DNA of 64,000 bases, from NCBI GenBank assembly GCA_904063045.1, contig CAJFCJ010000004.1, forward strand, positions 1,109,713 to 1,173,712, in the 5' to 3' direction. Source of the stretch: Dimorphilus gyrociliatus. Lineage: Eukaryota > Animalia > Annelida. The position numbers and the translations under genes were made by a program. The notes under the pieces were generated by a model, which saw nothing but the letters and a program-made list of their open reading frames with translations, did no database searches and was not told the DNA's origin. Of this stretch, positions 23,629 to 38,600 are shown one piece after another. Position 1 is the first letter of the stretch. The number at the start of each line of letters is the position of its first letter.

Positions 23629-26600
23629 TTAAAGTTCATTAAACCTTCTTTTCCTTTCTGATAATCCAAAGTAATCCTTGAAATCAAGCCAGTGAGCTTT
23701 AATTTTCTTATCTAAATATTCCACTAGGAAAAGGTTTTTCTTTGGATTAGTTTTCTTTGCTCTACCTCTGGCTTCATTTAGAATGCTCATCAGAGTATTC
23801 AAGCAGAATACAACTATGAACAAAACGAAGCTAACATAAAATACATGTCGAAGAGGGGCCCGATCTCTATCCATTTTTCTCATTATTGGAGAATTTAAAG
23901 CAGCAATACATATTGTGTACATAGACGAAAGAATTGTTGAAAAAGAAGAGAGGTGTGTAATATAGAAAAGGTAGCCAAAATGAGCATGAGCCATCAGGCT
24001 AACCATAAAAATGAAAAATAAGGACTTCAGAGATTGGGACGCCATTCCAACTGTTCTTAGAAGAAGTATAATTGTTCTATCGTATTGAAGGACATATAAC
24101 ATTTTCAAGCAAGATATTCCGGTGATGAAGGCTATCATATAAGTATAAGACTCATCAATAACTACCAGATGTTGCATTTCCACAAATTCATTCTTTAGAC
24201 CATTTTTAACGCTATTTCTTAAAGCCATTTTAGCGAGAAATAGTCCTATTGCTGAGATTGCCAATATCAAATTGGCAAATGAAACTTTGTTCCATAAACT
24301 CTTGAAATATGATAGTCGTTCTTTTCGAAGCAGTTTAATTGCCTTGTAAGATTCATAGAAAACGAAAAATATAAATAAGATCTGACAAACCAAAACAGTA
24401 ATTCCGTAGTTTGAATGATACGGATATAAATCTATCACTGCAATTCGATTCCATTTCGTAATTGCAACGTCCATTCCCTGTTCAACAACAATTGTTAAAC
24501 TGATAAATAAATTGGAATCAGCATTAAATAGAGTTGATTCTATTATAATAGCTCTCGTTTTGGCATCTAACCAGTCTTTAGGCGGTAGAATCGGTGTTGA
24601 ATGTTCAAATATATAGCCCCCAGTCGGATATATATGTCGTTGTGCAACAATAGGATAAGATGACGGATTCTGGTAGGACCATTCGTTTTTAACAGTATCA
24701 GGGCTGTGACTTGAGAATGATTTGTTATAATTTTTCTTATCGATATTATTGGAGGAAAGATCATAGGAACAGTCTTTAATAACATCTTGTAGTTGTTTAC
24801 AAGACTGTGAGACAACTCTAATTTGTCGCCAACGAATTGAACCAACTCTAATCCAACTTTGTTCGAATGCTCTAATCTTTTGTTCCTTCCAATGAAGTTT
24901 TTCGCCATTGTAATATTCCGTATCAAACATTGATGGGTTAAAATAAGTTGCTGTCCAGTTGTATAAGTCATGTAATTCAGTAACATTATCAAGATGATTT
25001 ATAAAGCCATTTCGAATAGTTTGAGCAGCATGATAGCTCTTCAAGGGAACTTGTTTATAACCAATTACCATTAGTAATGTCACATAAATGCAAGTAATAA
25101 TTATCTTATATAATATCTCTTCTGTATGTTTATCTTTTTCCCTCTCTTTCTGTTCTCGTCTAATTTCGTCAAAGTTAGTTTTTGGAATACTCTCAGGTGT
25201 ACTTTCAGCTAGAAAAATTTTGCTATAATTTCCCAATGGATTCTGAAAAGCATATTCTTACCTCTAATTCTTAAGTAGTATTGACATATTTCAGTAGCCT
25301 TGTCAATAACTTCAACGTGATTTAAAAATTCTTCATCATCATTATCAAAGTCAGACTTTTTAAATAAGATTGATAGAATAAGAGCTATCACAATAACCTA
25401 TTTAAATATATATTAAAGTATATATATATATTATTATACAATTTACATAGTTTACGTGTTTAATTAATGAAGATTTACCTTAAAAGGTTGGATAACTATT
25501 ACTGATTGAGTGAAGCTGATAAGCATTGATGTGAGCCATTGCTCTGATTTCGTCTTTCCCCATTCCAAGGAATATAATAGAACAAAGAAGAACGACGAAA
25601 ATACTGTTATTATTACTATAATCCATGCAATGTATATGAAAAATGGTGGAAGTGAGAAAGATTTTAACTTTGTTTCACTGTCTTTTCTTGTTTTCTTAAA
25701 CAAAGTCATAATTATAAAATTAACTGGAATAACTATAATTGCCGATATTGTACCAATCCATAATTGTTGTAATGAAAATATCAAAGGTCCTAGTTTGTAT
25801 GTGAGATCTGTTTCCTCATTTCTTCTTTGATAGAACATTGCAGATGCGATCATAGATGTAGCAATCATTGATAAACAACAAGCAGCTCTTTGAACTCTAG
25901 TAAAATAGCTTCGAGTAGGTCGTGACACAATACTAAACCATAAATGATCATCAGTAAATTTATTTCTCAACCACATGGGCCATAATCGTTTAAATGCCGT
26001 TATTTCTTCATTATTCGATTTTTGGACATGAACACAAGGTGATGACTTTGATAACCACGAGTGAATATAGAAATGGTGCTTTTCCATGGTAGAAATATCA
26101 ACAAGAACGACTTCCTCCAGAAACCATGATGGAGATTTTGTTTTCGGTGTAGGATTAATCCAAATTCTTAAACTTGAAGGAATACCCAAACGATCTTTCG
26201 TCGTCATATGAAAATGACATATACTAGAACGTTTCAGTTCCTCTCTATGTCCGTCATAAAGAGTCCTTATACTGGACGACGACTCTTCACCGAGAACGAC
26301 AAACTTAATTTCACTATCGGTTCCCGAGCTCCTCTCATAGCCTGTTCTTACGATGAGAGCATAATGGTGACGATCAATAGCAGAATTATCCAGCAGACTC
26401 CTCATTTTCCACGTTTCTTCATCTCGTACGTCAGCTCTTCTTAATACAAATAAGGAACACCAAAACAGCACTATAATACAGATAATCATAACTAGCACTG
26501 CAAAGTTATCTCCAATTCGTTTAAATTTGCCAAATGCTGAACCAAAGTCAATAGGATTTGGTGCAACAAGTATATTTGATCCAAAAGATGTTAAATGATT

Positions 26601-29600
26601 GCATTTACAGACAACTGAATTTGTTATATATTCTTTAGCAACCTAAAAAATAATCGATATTAATAATCAAATTTTATGGATTTATGAATTTTTACAGAGC
26701 AATTATCGTACTGCCACATTTCATTGAGTTCATGATAATAGAGACAAGATAATTTTTCTATGGTAATAGAGTAATCCGCTTTTGATTGTTCTGTAAAGTA
26801 TTAGTTGGAATTTAATAAGTATAGTATAAATAATCATTTGAAACATTTGCATCAAAGAAATAAGCTTTCCTTTACCTAATTTCAATCCAATATAGGCCGT
26901 TCCATTATTACCTGTAACAGGTATTATTCTTTCAACGTAATTCGTCTTAGAAGAAATAGGATAGGATGAAGAAAACTTATTTCCTTTAGGCTCTTCATTT
27001 ATATTTGAGTAGATTTTTAATTTTTGCCTCTCTTTCAATTTTATCTTTAGTAGTATGGCTTGAGTTGGCCAATCGAAAGTTATATTATGAATAATAATTG
27101 AAGATTTCCTTAGATTTAAATCATCAATTTCAACTTTTAAGGGCTTAACCTTTTGTTTCTCGTAGTTTAGCTCAATTGTAATATTTTCGGTCAGATCTTT
27201 GACAATGATTTCTCTGTCATATTTATCAAATAATTTAATCGATAAAGTATGAGAATTGATCAAATCCTTTGGCTGACTTCCCCAGATAATGCTGTTTTTA
27301 TCGCTTGCTATAGTCTGAAAATTGATGAAATGTATATTGTCTATCATAGCAAATACAAGTGAAGAGTGACTAACTTGCAAATTAATTGAATTATCATCAT
27401 ATCCCTTTAACAAACCAGAAGAAATTGAAGGAAATACTACTCTATTCTTATCATTCCCACTTTGGAACGGTAATGTAAAAAGACTTGATCTTTTAAGCTT
27501 TTGAATTTTTAGCTTCCAATTCCTATCTCCCATAACTATTGGACTTTCATCAGCTACATGATGCTTCAACAGTTTCCAAGTTATAACATCACTGACTCTC
27601 TGAGCAGTGGTTACTACCTTATTTGCCTTTATAGGAAAAAAAATATTAATATTCATTTAAAGACCGACAATAGACAAACTGTTAGTTTTTCTCTTTTATC
27701 AATCATTTCCTGCTTCTTTGTGATATTTTCCAAGTACTGTTGTTGTTCTGCAGGAGGAAGATCTGGCATTGCTCTTGATAATAGAGGAGTGGGCAAACTC
27801 ATATTTATAGAATTCGACAAACTATTCATTAGACCTTGAAAATATTAATTAAATTATATAGATTAATGATTTAGAGATGTTTATTCTCTTTTTAATACCC
27901 TTGGACATGGAATAGGACAAATGTGGATATAAATTCTTAAACTGGTACACCTTATTCGCCAAAGTGTACAGGTTTGCAGCGCCTTCTCTCTGTAAGTAAA
28001 TTGCCGCTTAAATGAAGATGCTATATTAGCAATAAAAATATACTTTAGCATCTTCCGAATAGAATTTGCGATCTGCTGCCAAAATATTAGATAGAGTATT
28101 AATTCCTTGCAGTAAATCAGCTTCATTTTCCAAGAAAGGATTAATACTTGAAAAAGTGTTAATTAACTCTGATAGTAAGTCTTGATTTTCTTCATCAGTC
28201 AATTTTTTTGATGCCGAACATGACGGATTACTATTTAAATGAGCTGATATCGCTGATTCTAATCTCAAAGCTCCTCTATAGTTTTGATTGTCCATTAGTT
28301 TTTTCATTTCACCATTAGGATCTTTAAGAATGTGCATAATATCATCCAAGCCAGCCGTAAAAGGTTGTACATGAGCTGTTAAATATACAATTTCCACTTC
28401 GCCAATGAAGTCACTGATCTCAACTTTAATCGATAGATTTGGATTGAAAGGCAGGAACATTAAAGGTGATTGTGAACTAGTTGAAGAGTGCAATAAATTC
28501 CAGTCGTTTTTATTCTTATAATAAAAATTGTATTCGAGAGGACGAGTAAAGTAGATGTCATCGGACGAACTCCTCTTTAGCTGCAGATCCTCATCAGACC
28601 ACTCGGCGCAAGATATTTGAAATCGGGTAACGAGCGATACTCCTGATAATTAATTGTAAATTTGTTTAATTAAAAATAAATGGATTGAACTATTACCTTG
28701 AACAGGCTCTATTTGACAATTTCCATTATATGGAGGATAATTGGTCGTTATAAGCTTTTCTGAGAAACCGTAAGAATTTGAAGACTGCCATATAGCTCTT
28801 ATCCTGTAAGTATTACCTGGCTGTAATACTCCCCTTTCAATAGAGAAGAACTCTTTATTGGAACCTTTATTAAGGAAAGATGAAATACGATAAGATATCG
28901 AGTAATATTAATAATAATAATAAAGTAATTATTATATAATAAATTATACCTGACTTTATATACTTATCAACGTTGACAGCTTGAACACTATTTTCTAACA
29001 GCATATCAATTGACCATGAATAAGTCCAGACGGTAGTTTTAGGGCAATTTTCGCATTCACCTATCAAAGTAAATTTCTTTGATGGATTAACCTTTCGTCC
29101 ACAATTAAGCACACATTTAATATTTATGTTGGGATGAAAAAACGTAGAATTGGTGACTATTAATTTTTGAATGCTCGAAGCAATTTTGTTCCCCTGCCTT
29201 GCTTCAACTTTTACAAAATGTTGCCCTGCAGCTGGCGTCTTAATTATAAGGCAACCGAAACCACAGACCTCCCGTCTAGCTCGTTCCGCATTTTTCTGCC
29301 TAAGAATAACCGTCCACCTTGAAGATGCATGTTTTTTTATACTAAATATAAATTCATCAATGAATTTCCCATCTTCATCCAATGTATCCGACGCGTCAAT
29401 AATAATATCGTCATTTGAACGGGCTGATCGAGTTGAACCACCTTTTATATTTACTTCCAAAGGGGTACGCAATATCTTTAAATATCTTAGTTCTGTTGCC
29501 TTTAAGTTGAATTCTCTGATAAAAACTGTAAAGTTTAAAGTGTACGATCCATAAGCTAATAAGTTTGAAGGCAATCTAAACCAAAGTTTGTTATTCTGAG

Positions 29601-32600
29601 CTATATTAACAGGAAATCGTCTTTCATCCGTTATAGACCATATAAAATTAACAGGCCGGGAAGTCACACATTTATTTTCATAATCCGCTTGAAACAGTCT
29701 GGCCTCTGAGCGATAAATTAGTATGGGACTTTTCTCAGATTCTCCAAGTGATCCCAAATCAATAGTTGGTTTATTGCACTTTAAAACATCCACTTTCAAG
29801 CGAACTATTTCTTTCGAATTGGAGTTAAACACATAAACAGAAACCATAAAAGTTCCCGCTTTTTGCCAAACGTGATGATGTTGTAATTTCCTTCTGTCTA
29901 TTTGGAAATTCTTTAGAATGATATCTTTATAACCCTTCTTACATGACTTTTCTCCGTATAGATACCGCTTACTCGAATCACCAAAATCCCATAACAAACA
30001 AGGATATAAACCTAAGGAAATATAACCAAATTCCAATTTTGAGCTCTTACCAACAAAGGCGCTACTGATTAGATGGAGCGACAAACCCGCTATTCTATGA
30101 TCCACCGTTACCAAGAGCCATTTTCGTACACTGCAGAAGGAATTTATACCAATAACAGAAACATTATAGACGCCTTGGTTTTCATATATATATGACATTT
30201 GAAATTCCTTATCCCTTGCTTTCATTGCTTTTTCCATCGAAGTAGACATATTAAAGAGGAGAGTAACATTTGAACCTTTTTTCCAGATAGTATTAAAAAA
30301 TATTCTTTGTCCGGGAGAAAATATACTACCATTTATATAAAATTCAAAATCTTCAATACACTCTCCTACTCTTATCCTTGAAGATTGATTTTGAGAACTT
30401 ACTAAATTCCTAACTTCTCCCTTAATGTCATAGTATCCTTCCTTTTTGTATTTGTGAGTTATAGTGAAATTTTTCAAAGGATTAAGACCGACATTTTCAA
30501 AAATATCCTTTTTACCATCACCTGTTTCAAATATTAGTGTTGCTTCTTCAAATGTTTCGTTCCTATCTTCCAAATAGAATACGAATTTTGCATATTCTTT
30601 GTGCGACGCTACATTTTCTGTCTTCAACAAAACTTTTGGCAATTTTCTCACAAACTTTACTCTTTTCCATATTTGTTTTGTGCTATAATCATTTTGAACT
30701 GTCATTGTAATGTTTCGATAACCTTCTTTTGTAAAATTATAAGTCAAGGAGACAGTTTTTACTGTTGGATTATCTCCTTGAATAGAGAATGATCGTAATA
30801 AACCTTCAACATCTGACTTAATATCAATTTTATAATTTGAACCCTCACTAATCAGTGCTGTTATATTAAATTCTTTTCCGGTTTCCCAAACAATTTCGTT
30901 TGTAGTGATGTATAAATCCCCAATTTCTCTAACAACTTGAACTTCAGCAACAGCTGTCTTGAGAGATATTCGATTCTCAGCTGTCAGATTGTAAAAATAA
31001 GTATCAATAGTTAATGGCATAGGAATTTTGGTCTGATTAGAAATTTTAGGACAAGTTAGTGCTTTTGAATAAACTCTTCTATCGGACTCATTTATTTTTT
31101 TTGCTGTCATTGAACAAGTTATAGGAACTCCATTGATAATCCTCCAGCTCATTAAAACATATGGATCTTTGATTCGTACCAAATACTTTTCAGGTGAGAA
31201 TACAATTTCTTGTATTGGTTCTTCAACTTCGATGTTTGTTATTTGACACGTTTTTGATGAAAAGAAATTTTGGGCTAAAATGTCAATTTGAAATTTTCCG
31301 GTTTTGGTATAGTTATAAAGAAAACTTTGCGTTTGATTGGATATAACATTCTGTAACACTTTCTCTCTTCCATCACCAAAAGAGATATTTAAGCTAACAT
31401 TTGTTCCATGATGTACTGTATATTCTAGTGTATAGATTTTTTTATTTGACAATAGAAGCTCACTTGTACTACACAATAGGGAAGATATTGATATTCCCAC
31501 TTTAACTTGTATTTCTCTTTGTATTTCACTCACAGGATTACTCGCCTTAGCAATTAGCGTATAGAAGCCATCATGTTTATATAGATAGTATAGCTGCCGT
31601 TGATATTTATTTACATATGCTAATGAACTACTTTGATTCCCATCACCAAAATAGATTGTAAAATTTGAATGACTTGGAACGGCTACCGTTTCTAAGAATT
31701 TAATAAGCAAATTTAAAGGTTTTATTGTTGTTGAAATATCCAGAATTTCAAGATTCAAGTCAACAATAGGCTGGTAAACTTGAAAAGAAATTGTCGATGT
31801 CAAATTGCTAAGAGTATTGAAGCATGTTACAGATGTAGTATAAATTCCTTCGAATTCTCCAAGGATACCAAAATTATAGATATAATCTTTACCATTTGAG
31901 ACAAAAAATTGATTGGGAATCACAATCGAGCCATTAGTTTCAATACTAAAGTTGACATTTGTTCCTTTGTAAAGGCTTATTTGAACAGTAGTAGTTTCGT
32001 TGCTTTTAAGAATAGTTTTAGAAATGGATAGATTGAAATTCTTAATCTCTTCTTCAATTGTTACAGTTTTTGTATAATACGTCGCGTTGCTCACTTTGTT
32101 GGTTAACCAGAGTTCTAAATTATGATTTCCAATAGTTAAATTAGTTATATTCGCACAGTAATAGGTATTATTTATTTTAGTAGGCAGATACTGAATGCTC
32201 TCCAAGAGAAATTTTGTTACTACTGAAGTTCCTGATGATAACATCCAACAAAAGAGTTTAATGCTATCTAAGTTGTAATAAGATGCTCCTAACGCTCTAA
32301 ATCCTTTCAATTCTTCCTGAACCTCAACAGTTTGATTCAATACTTTTGAAACAGATCCAAATTCATTTGATGATTTAACAGTTATGTTAAAAATCCCTAT
32401 GGCATCTAGCTTTATAGTGAATTCGTGTATTTGACTACTGTTTACTAGAGATTCAATATAGATTTTTCGTGTATACAGCCCTAGAGAGACTTCTGTGTTC
32501 ATATTACTTCCTTCTTCGATCATTATTTCAATAGTTATTTCTTCTCCAGTTTTGAAAAACACCTTACGAGGACGAATAATTGTGATATTTCTTATTTCTG

Positions 32601-35600
32601 TTCCAACTTTAGCGAATGTACTATTTTCCTTGACAATAGATACATTGTTACTCAATTCTGCTACAACTTTATAAAATCCATCTGATGTTATTGTTGGACA
32701 ATTATTTTCTAGTTTTTCAAAATTTTTCACGAAATAATCTCCACAATCCAATAGTTTTGAAGAGTTAATTTCTTGAATTTTGACAGAAATCATAACGTTC
32801 GATGCCAAATTACTTGAAGCTATTCTGAAATTTACTCCTCCCTGATAATAACTTGAATTCTGAATGCTTACGGTTATCATTTGAATTGGATTTTCAATTT
32901 CTACATAATTACTGTATAATGATAAATTTCCAAGTATATTTGATGAATTTCCGTATAATCTATATACTCCGGGTTCATTATATTTCGTTTCATAGATTTC
33001 TGTATACTTTACATTATCCCCATTTAACTTCATAAAAGCATTTCCTTCACTAAAATGAATATTATATTCCAAATTTGACCCAGAAATTTTTAAAGTTGTA
33101 TTGAAAGTTTCATTTGTTTTATAACATAATTTTTCGAAAGAGACTGTAAAGTTGGATATTTGACGTTCTATTTGAACTGTCGTATTACCAGTCAATTCTG
33201 ATATGTTATTCTTTGCGATGATAGTAAGGTCATGTATTCCAATAGTTGTAAAGTTATCAGGAAGGATAAAGAAATAATCTCTGGTTTTTCCCAAAGATGT
33301 ATCGTTAAATACCTCAAAAGTAACATCATATCCATGATCAAGAGTCCAGAAAATTTTTTTCATGTTATCTCTTTCGAAGAGATAGTATTTAGATATGTTA
33401 AAACCGGATATGGGATCTTCAACTGTTACATTTCTCTCAGATGTATTGGAACTGATTAAGTTATGGCATTCAATTTTTAAAGTAGAAATTCCTTTTTTAT
33501 CGAAAAGCATAGAGTTTACGATAGGGTTAGTCAAATTGTCAGCAAATGTAAAGTTTTCTTTGAAGTTGTTGCGATAAAATGTGCAATTGGCCAAAGTTCC
33601 AGTAAATGCCTGGTATTTAATTATGGCTTCGGTACCAATTAATACGGAATTAGGTGCTTCCAATCTCAACCCAATTATATGCAAAATTGGCTTTGTGACA
33701 TGAACTTGTATGTTTACCGGAAAATTACTCTTTTCATTCACTGCTATAATTTCAATGTTAAATATACCAATTTCTTCAAATTTGTGTTCCAGAATTCTAT
33801 CTTCTGTGTAAAATTTGAATTCATTTCCGATGCTAACTCTAAACATTGGAAAAGTTTGGTTGTCAATGTGTAGAAACAGTTTAAAACTTTCATTAACATT
33901 AACAAGATTTATATCTAAGTTTTCCCTGGTGTAATGATCTGCAATAGTTACGTTAAATGCCAAAATCGGATCTGGATTTATGAAAGGCTTTACACCATCC
34001 AACCGATACATTGGATATTTATTAGTCTCATCGCAAGATTTCGCCGACAGATTTGCAGAGATAACACAATAACAATTAGTTATGTTTTCACCAGGTTTAA
34101 CTATGCTATAAAGATCCTCAATCCCACAGAATTGTCTACAAGACTTAAATTCAGATTCATTTCCAGCTAATGTCCAATTTTCGTTTATTTCTGACACACA
34201 TCCTTCTTTATACTGATCTGCGTAAAAAGGATTTATTACTATACTTTCTGAAAGACATTAGGTATTAAGCTAACTTAGATTAAAGTACGATTGTTGTGGT
34301 GTTATCAGTCCATCCCAAAAACTCAGTTCATCAATTTGAAAAGAAGATTTGCCACTTCCTATCGATATTACATTGTTCTGATCTGTTGTTTGGTTAGCGC
34401 TACTTCCAGATGATTCTCCTCTTAAGATATTGTCAACATAAACCTTCAAGCCTAATTTCCAACTCCACATGACATGAAAGTGGAACCATCTGTCTAGGTG
34501 AAAGTTTAGCATATGCTCCCAAAGTAGGTTTGAGAATTTCATCTAACATGAAAAAATAAAAGTTTGGTGAAGAAATTAAAAGAATGATATAGAACTACCT
34601 CAATTTTACAATATCTACGGAAAGGTAGACTTTCATTGAAAGAATCGCAATAGAAACTCAGCCAAGGCGAAGAAAAAATATTTTTAACTCCATTTTCGGG
34701 AAATTTAACATAAAGTGACAATGTAAAAGCCACACACTCTGTGAAATTCGTCAAACAACTTTCATTGATCATTCGAATATTAATATGACCATTTTTTAAC
34801 TCCGCTGCATGAGATGTAATATCTCCATTTACAAAAACAACATTGGAAGTTTGACTGTCTATGAGATCATTGTTAATTTTTCCTATGTCACCACTATTCT
34901 TGAAGCCCAGGGACAAGTGATTTCTATGAACAGTTCCGTTATCTAAAAATTTTAAGAGACAAAAATACTAGAATTCAAAGGAAGGAGTAAAATTGAAAAT
35001 CGAGAGGTGAACCTACTATAATCGGATTCAGCTGAAAAATTGGATGTACTTTCATCATGGAAATATAATTCATCAAATAGTAAACGGCTAGGACCGTCAT
35101 CACTAAGAACAATCTTCGATAACAAATATGTATTATCAACTGTAGCATACTTGACGAAGGAAACGTTTTGCTCGATACTATTAAGAAATATACTCAAGGT
35201 TTCATTGAAAGGATTCGAGTAAGTTAATGTGATAAGGTTCCAAAACAGTCTTCTAACCATTATTTGAAATTTATAAGTTATCTCTTTAGTAATAAAGGTA
35301 CCAATTAATGATTCGTTATGTGGTATATAAATTAGAGAGATCATTGTTTTAACATTTAGAACAATTATCATTGGATCGATTGATTGCGCTTCTATTTTCA
35401 ACCAAAAAGATAAAACTAATCCTTTATCACACCAGTTTGGACTTGACAAGCATTTTTTAGAAAAAGAATTATTAGTTTCTACGGAACCTACGATTTCAAT
35501 GGCGTCATTTTGAATCCCAGATCTTTTTGAAAATACCCCACTCCACTTTTCCTCTATACTGTCGTCAAAACTGAACATAAAATTTTCCATATTATATCTT

Positions 35601-38600
35601 GTTAAGTCACTTAATACAGTTTTATTAATAACAGATTTATGCAAATAAACCTCATCAATTTGAACTTTACTTCCTGAAAAGCTGAGTGTAGTGTTAGTTC
35701 CATGGCTTTCATAGCTCTTAAGCGTATAGGATGAGAGAAATTTTCCATTATAGTTTATATATAATGATTGATCATTCAAACTAAAGCTTATATGAGTCCA
35801 AATACCAATAGAGGAAGAAAAATATATTTCATCATTCAAGTAAGAACTTGTTAAAGACAAATTTCCAGGACTAACGAGCCTTAGCGTTAATACGTCTCCG
35901 ATGCTCAGTATATCAATTGGTTCATATTTTAAAGGTAACTTAAACCAAAAAGACAAACTAAAACCGCTCGGACACAATGACAGTTTTAAAGGACATTCAT
36001 TTGTAAAAGTGGTAGATAATTTTCCCAACTCTATGCCTTTTCCTTTCACTCCTTCAACTTCTGTACAATTTGATATATCCCAGAGCCGCCCTGTTTCATC
36101 GCTTAAGCTTCCTAAATCCTCCAGACTTTCATAAATTTCACTTAGGCCTTTCATATATATATATTTACGATCCTCTTCGCTATAAAGGTAATTTTCAGAA
36201 ATGTACAAATCATCTATAATCATAAATTGTCCAGTTAGCTGTTTCAAAAGACATACGCATGCTCTAATACTACAAGGCGAATTTCTTTGATATAGAACAG
36301 AACCAGTGACCGCTTGTAGAGAGACACCATCAAAATTTGATGCATGTATGTTATTAATATATAGATTAAGACCTAAAGTGGGATGCCAACTAAACATAGC
36401 ATTTAGCCAGTATTGTGTATTAAACTTAAAGCTTGTTACCCTCCATATTCTTTTTTCAAAACTTATTTCCACAATTATTCTGTTATTGTTATAAATGACA
36501 AAGTAGCTATTTTCAGTGTCATTTAACATTAATATCTCAGCAAATGTTGTAGTTTTTGATGGACGAAACCAGAATGATACTGAAACACCTAATGCACAAT
36601 CGGTAAGATTATTAAAACATCTTATCAATGAATTTGTTTGACTTGTTAATTCTAAACCAGTATCATCCATAAATTTAATTCCTTTTATGTGATTGTCTAT
36701 TAGTGGTACAGATTTCAATGGTTGGTAACTTGCTGCAAAATTTTTATCTATTGGAAAATTTGGAGGCGAATCACCCAACTCGTCAAATGAAAATAGAATA
36801 CCAGTTCTTAGATACTCTACACATTCTAGTGAGTCTAAATTCCAAGAGTAACTACCTGATGAAGATTCGCTTATTTTGATTGTTCTTATTGGTAGCACTT
36901 GAGAACCTGATAATCTATACTTGTACGATTCAACAGATAGCGTTCCCTCATCAAAAGTTGGAGTGTCCAATCCGTTACAGTTACAGATTTTAGAGTCTAG
37001 ACAAGATTTGTCATTGTAACATGGACATGTTTTTAATGTGTCGGCTCCAGGTAATTGATTAAAATAGACTCCATACATTGATCTAAAAGTAGTTCCTGTA
37101 TTCTCCCCAAATAAGGTGAACCCAGAGAAACATTTTATGGTAAAACGCTGACGAAATATAAGTGAAGTATCCGAAAACTTTTTCAGTGTAGTTATATAAT
37201 AATTATCGTACATAATACTATCTTCTTTTCTAAATTGATAGTTGCTAGAACTGTACCACGTATTCTCTCTCGTGAAAGGAAACCTCTTAAAAGTAGCTCT
37301 TTCAGGTGATCTTGAAAATTTACAGTATATCCATTTACCATCTACTCGAAGCAGTTCAAAATCCATAAAATACTTCGAATGTTCATACTCAGAACATGTT
37401 TTCATTTCTAAAATACAGTTTTGATTGATAATACTCCAATATGTATAACTAACTTACCATAAAATCCTTCATTGTGAACAACATCAATTTTCTTAAAATG
37501 CTTCTGTCCTATAAATCTATAATATAGATCATCAATTCCTCCACTTCCTGTATTTGTCACATTTCCTTCTTCCAGCTTTCCGCCAATCACAATAAATCCA
37601 TATAACGACGCATTCCATACTCTAGGTATCATATTACATTTAGGAAATAGTTCAAGGTTATTGATAAAGAACTGAGCTCTAAGTATAGTTTTTGCATTTG
37701 TAGACATGTTGTATCGTATTTCAAGAAATTGCCAAGTATCTAAAGTAATATTTTTGGAAAGTGAACACGTTTGTTCATTTGCATATAAAGATATCGTTAA
37801 ATTTTCAAAACTATTTTCAACTTCCAAGATAGTTTGATTTTCGCTTCCAACCCAGAAATGCGTTCCTGACGTTGATGTTATCTTTAACCAAAATGACCAT
37901 AAGAATAACATAGGCTCACAAAGTTCCGGACTTGTTAAACAATTCTTGAAAAAGGGGTGTGAAATGGCATAGTTTCTGGTGTAATTTAAATATTTTTTAA
38001 AATATAACGAGTCAAATTCCAGTTTAGCATTCCCCTGAACTTTAAACTGCACCTTCATAGATTTTTCAAATTGTGCAGATCTGATTCCCCTCTCACCCGT
38101 GAGATAATTACTTGAATCCAATTCATCAAATGTACAATGCCCTTGTCCAAAAAGTGTAGTTGAATTACTAACAATCTCACCAATTAAAAGTTTATCATCG
38201 AAGACATCAGTTATTTTTAAACCGTAGATCATAAAGTTTTGGTAGTTAGTACTGTCGTTGAAACGTTTACCAACAGCTATAGAAACTGCAGGTAAACGAT
38301 TTCGAAATACTCGACTTTTACATATTTTTGCTTCGCCCATCACTTCCGAATTGATTAATACTTTTAGACCACGTCTTCCGCTTTTATAGGTGTAATGCAA
38401 GTGAAACCATTGATTTGTTAACATTTCAAGTCTAACAACGTAAGAGCATATGGTAGTCGCAACAGAAACGATAAGTTTACCGTTTTTAACTAGCACAGAA
38501 TGGCCATATTCTCCATCGCTGTATCCTCCAAAATCTAAAATGTGCGCATCTTTTCCCGCAATAGCTGATCCTATAGATGAATTAAAAATATTATAAAAAT

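Noticed and set aside
14222-36494. Many plus-strand or off-frame 60-127-aa ORFs over the polycystin genes (e.g. 14222, 16265, 25510, 27558, 29171, 35901)
   Set aside because: These are antisense or frame shadows of real coding exons, with no motifs.
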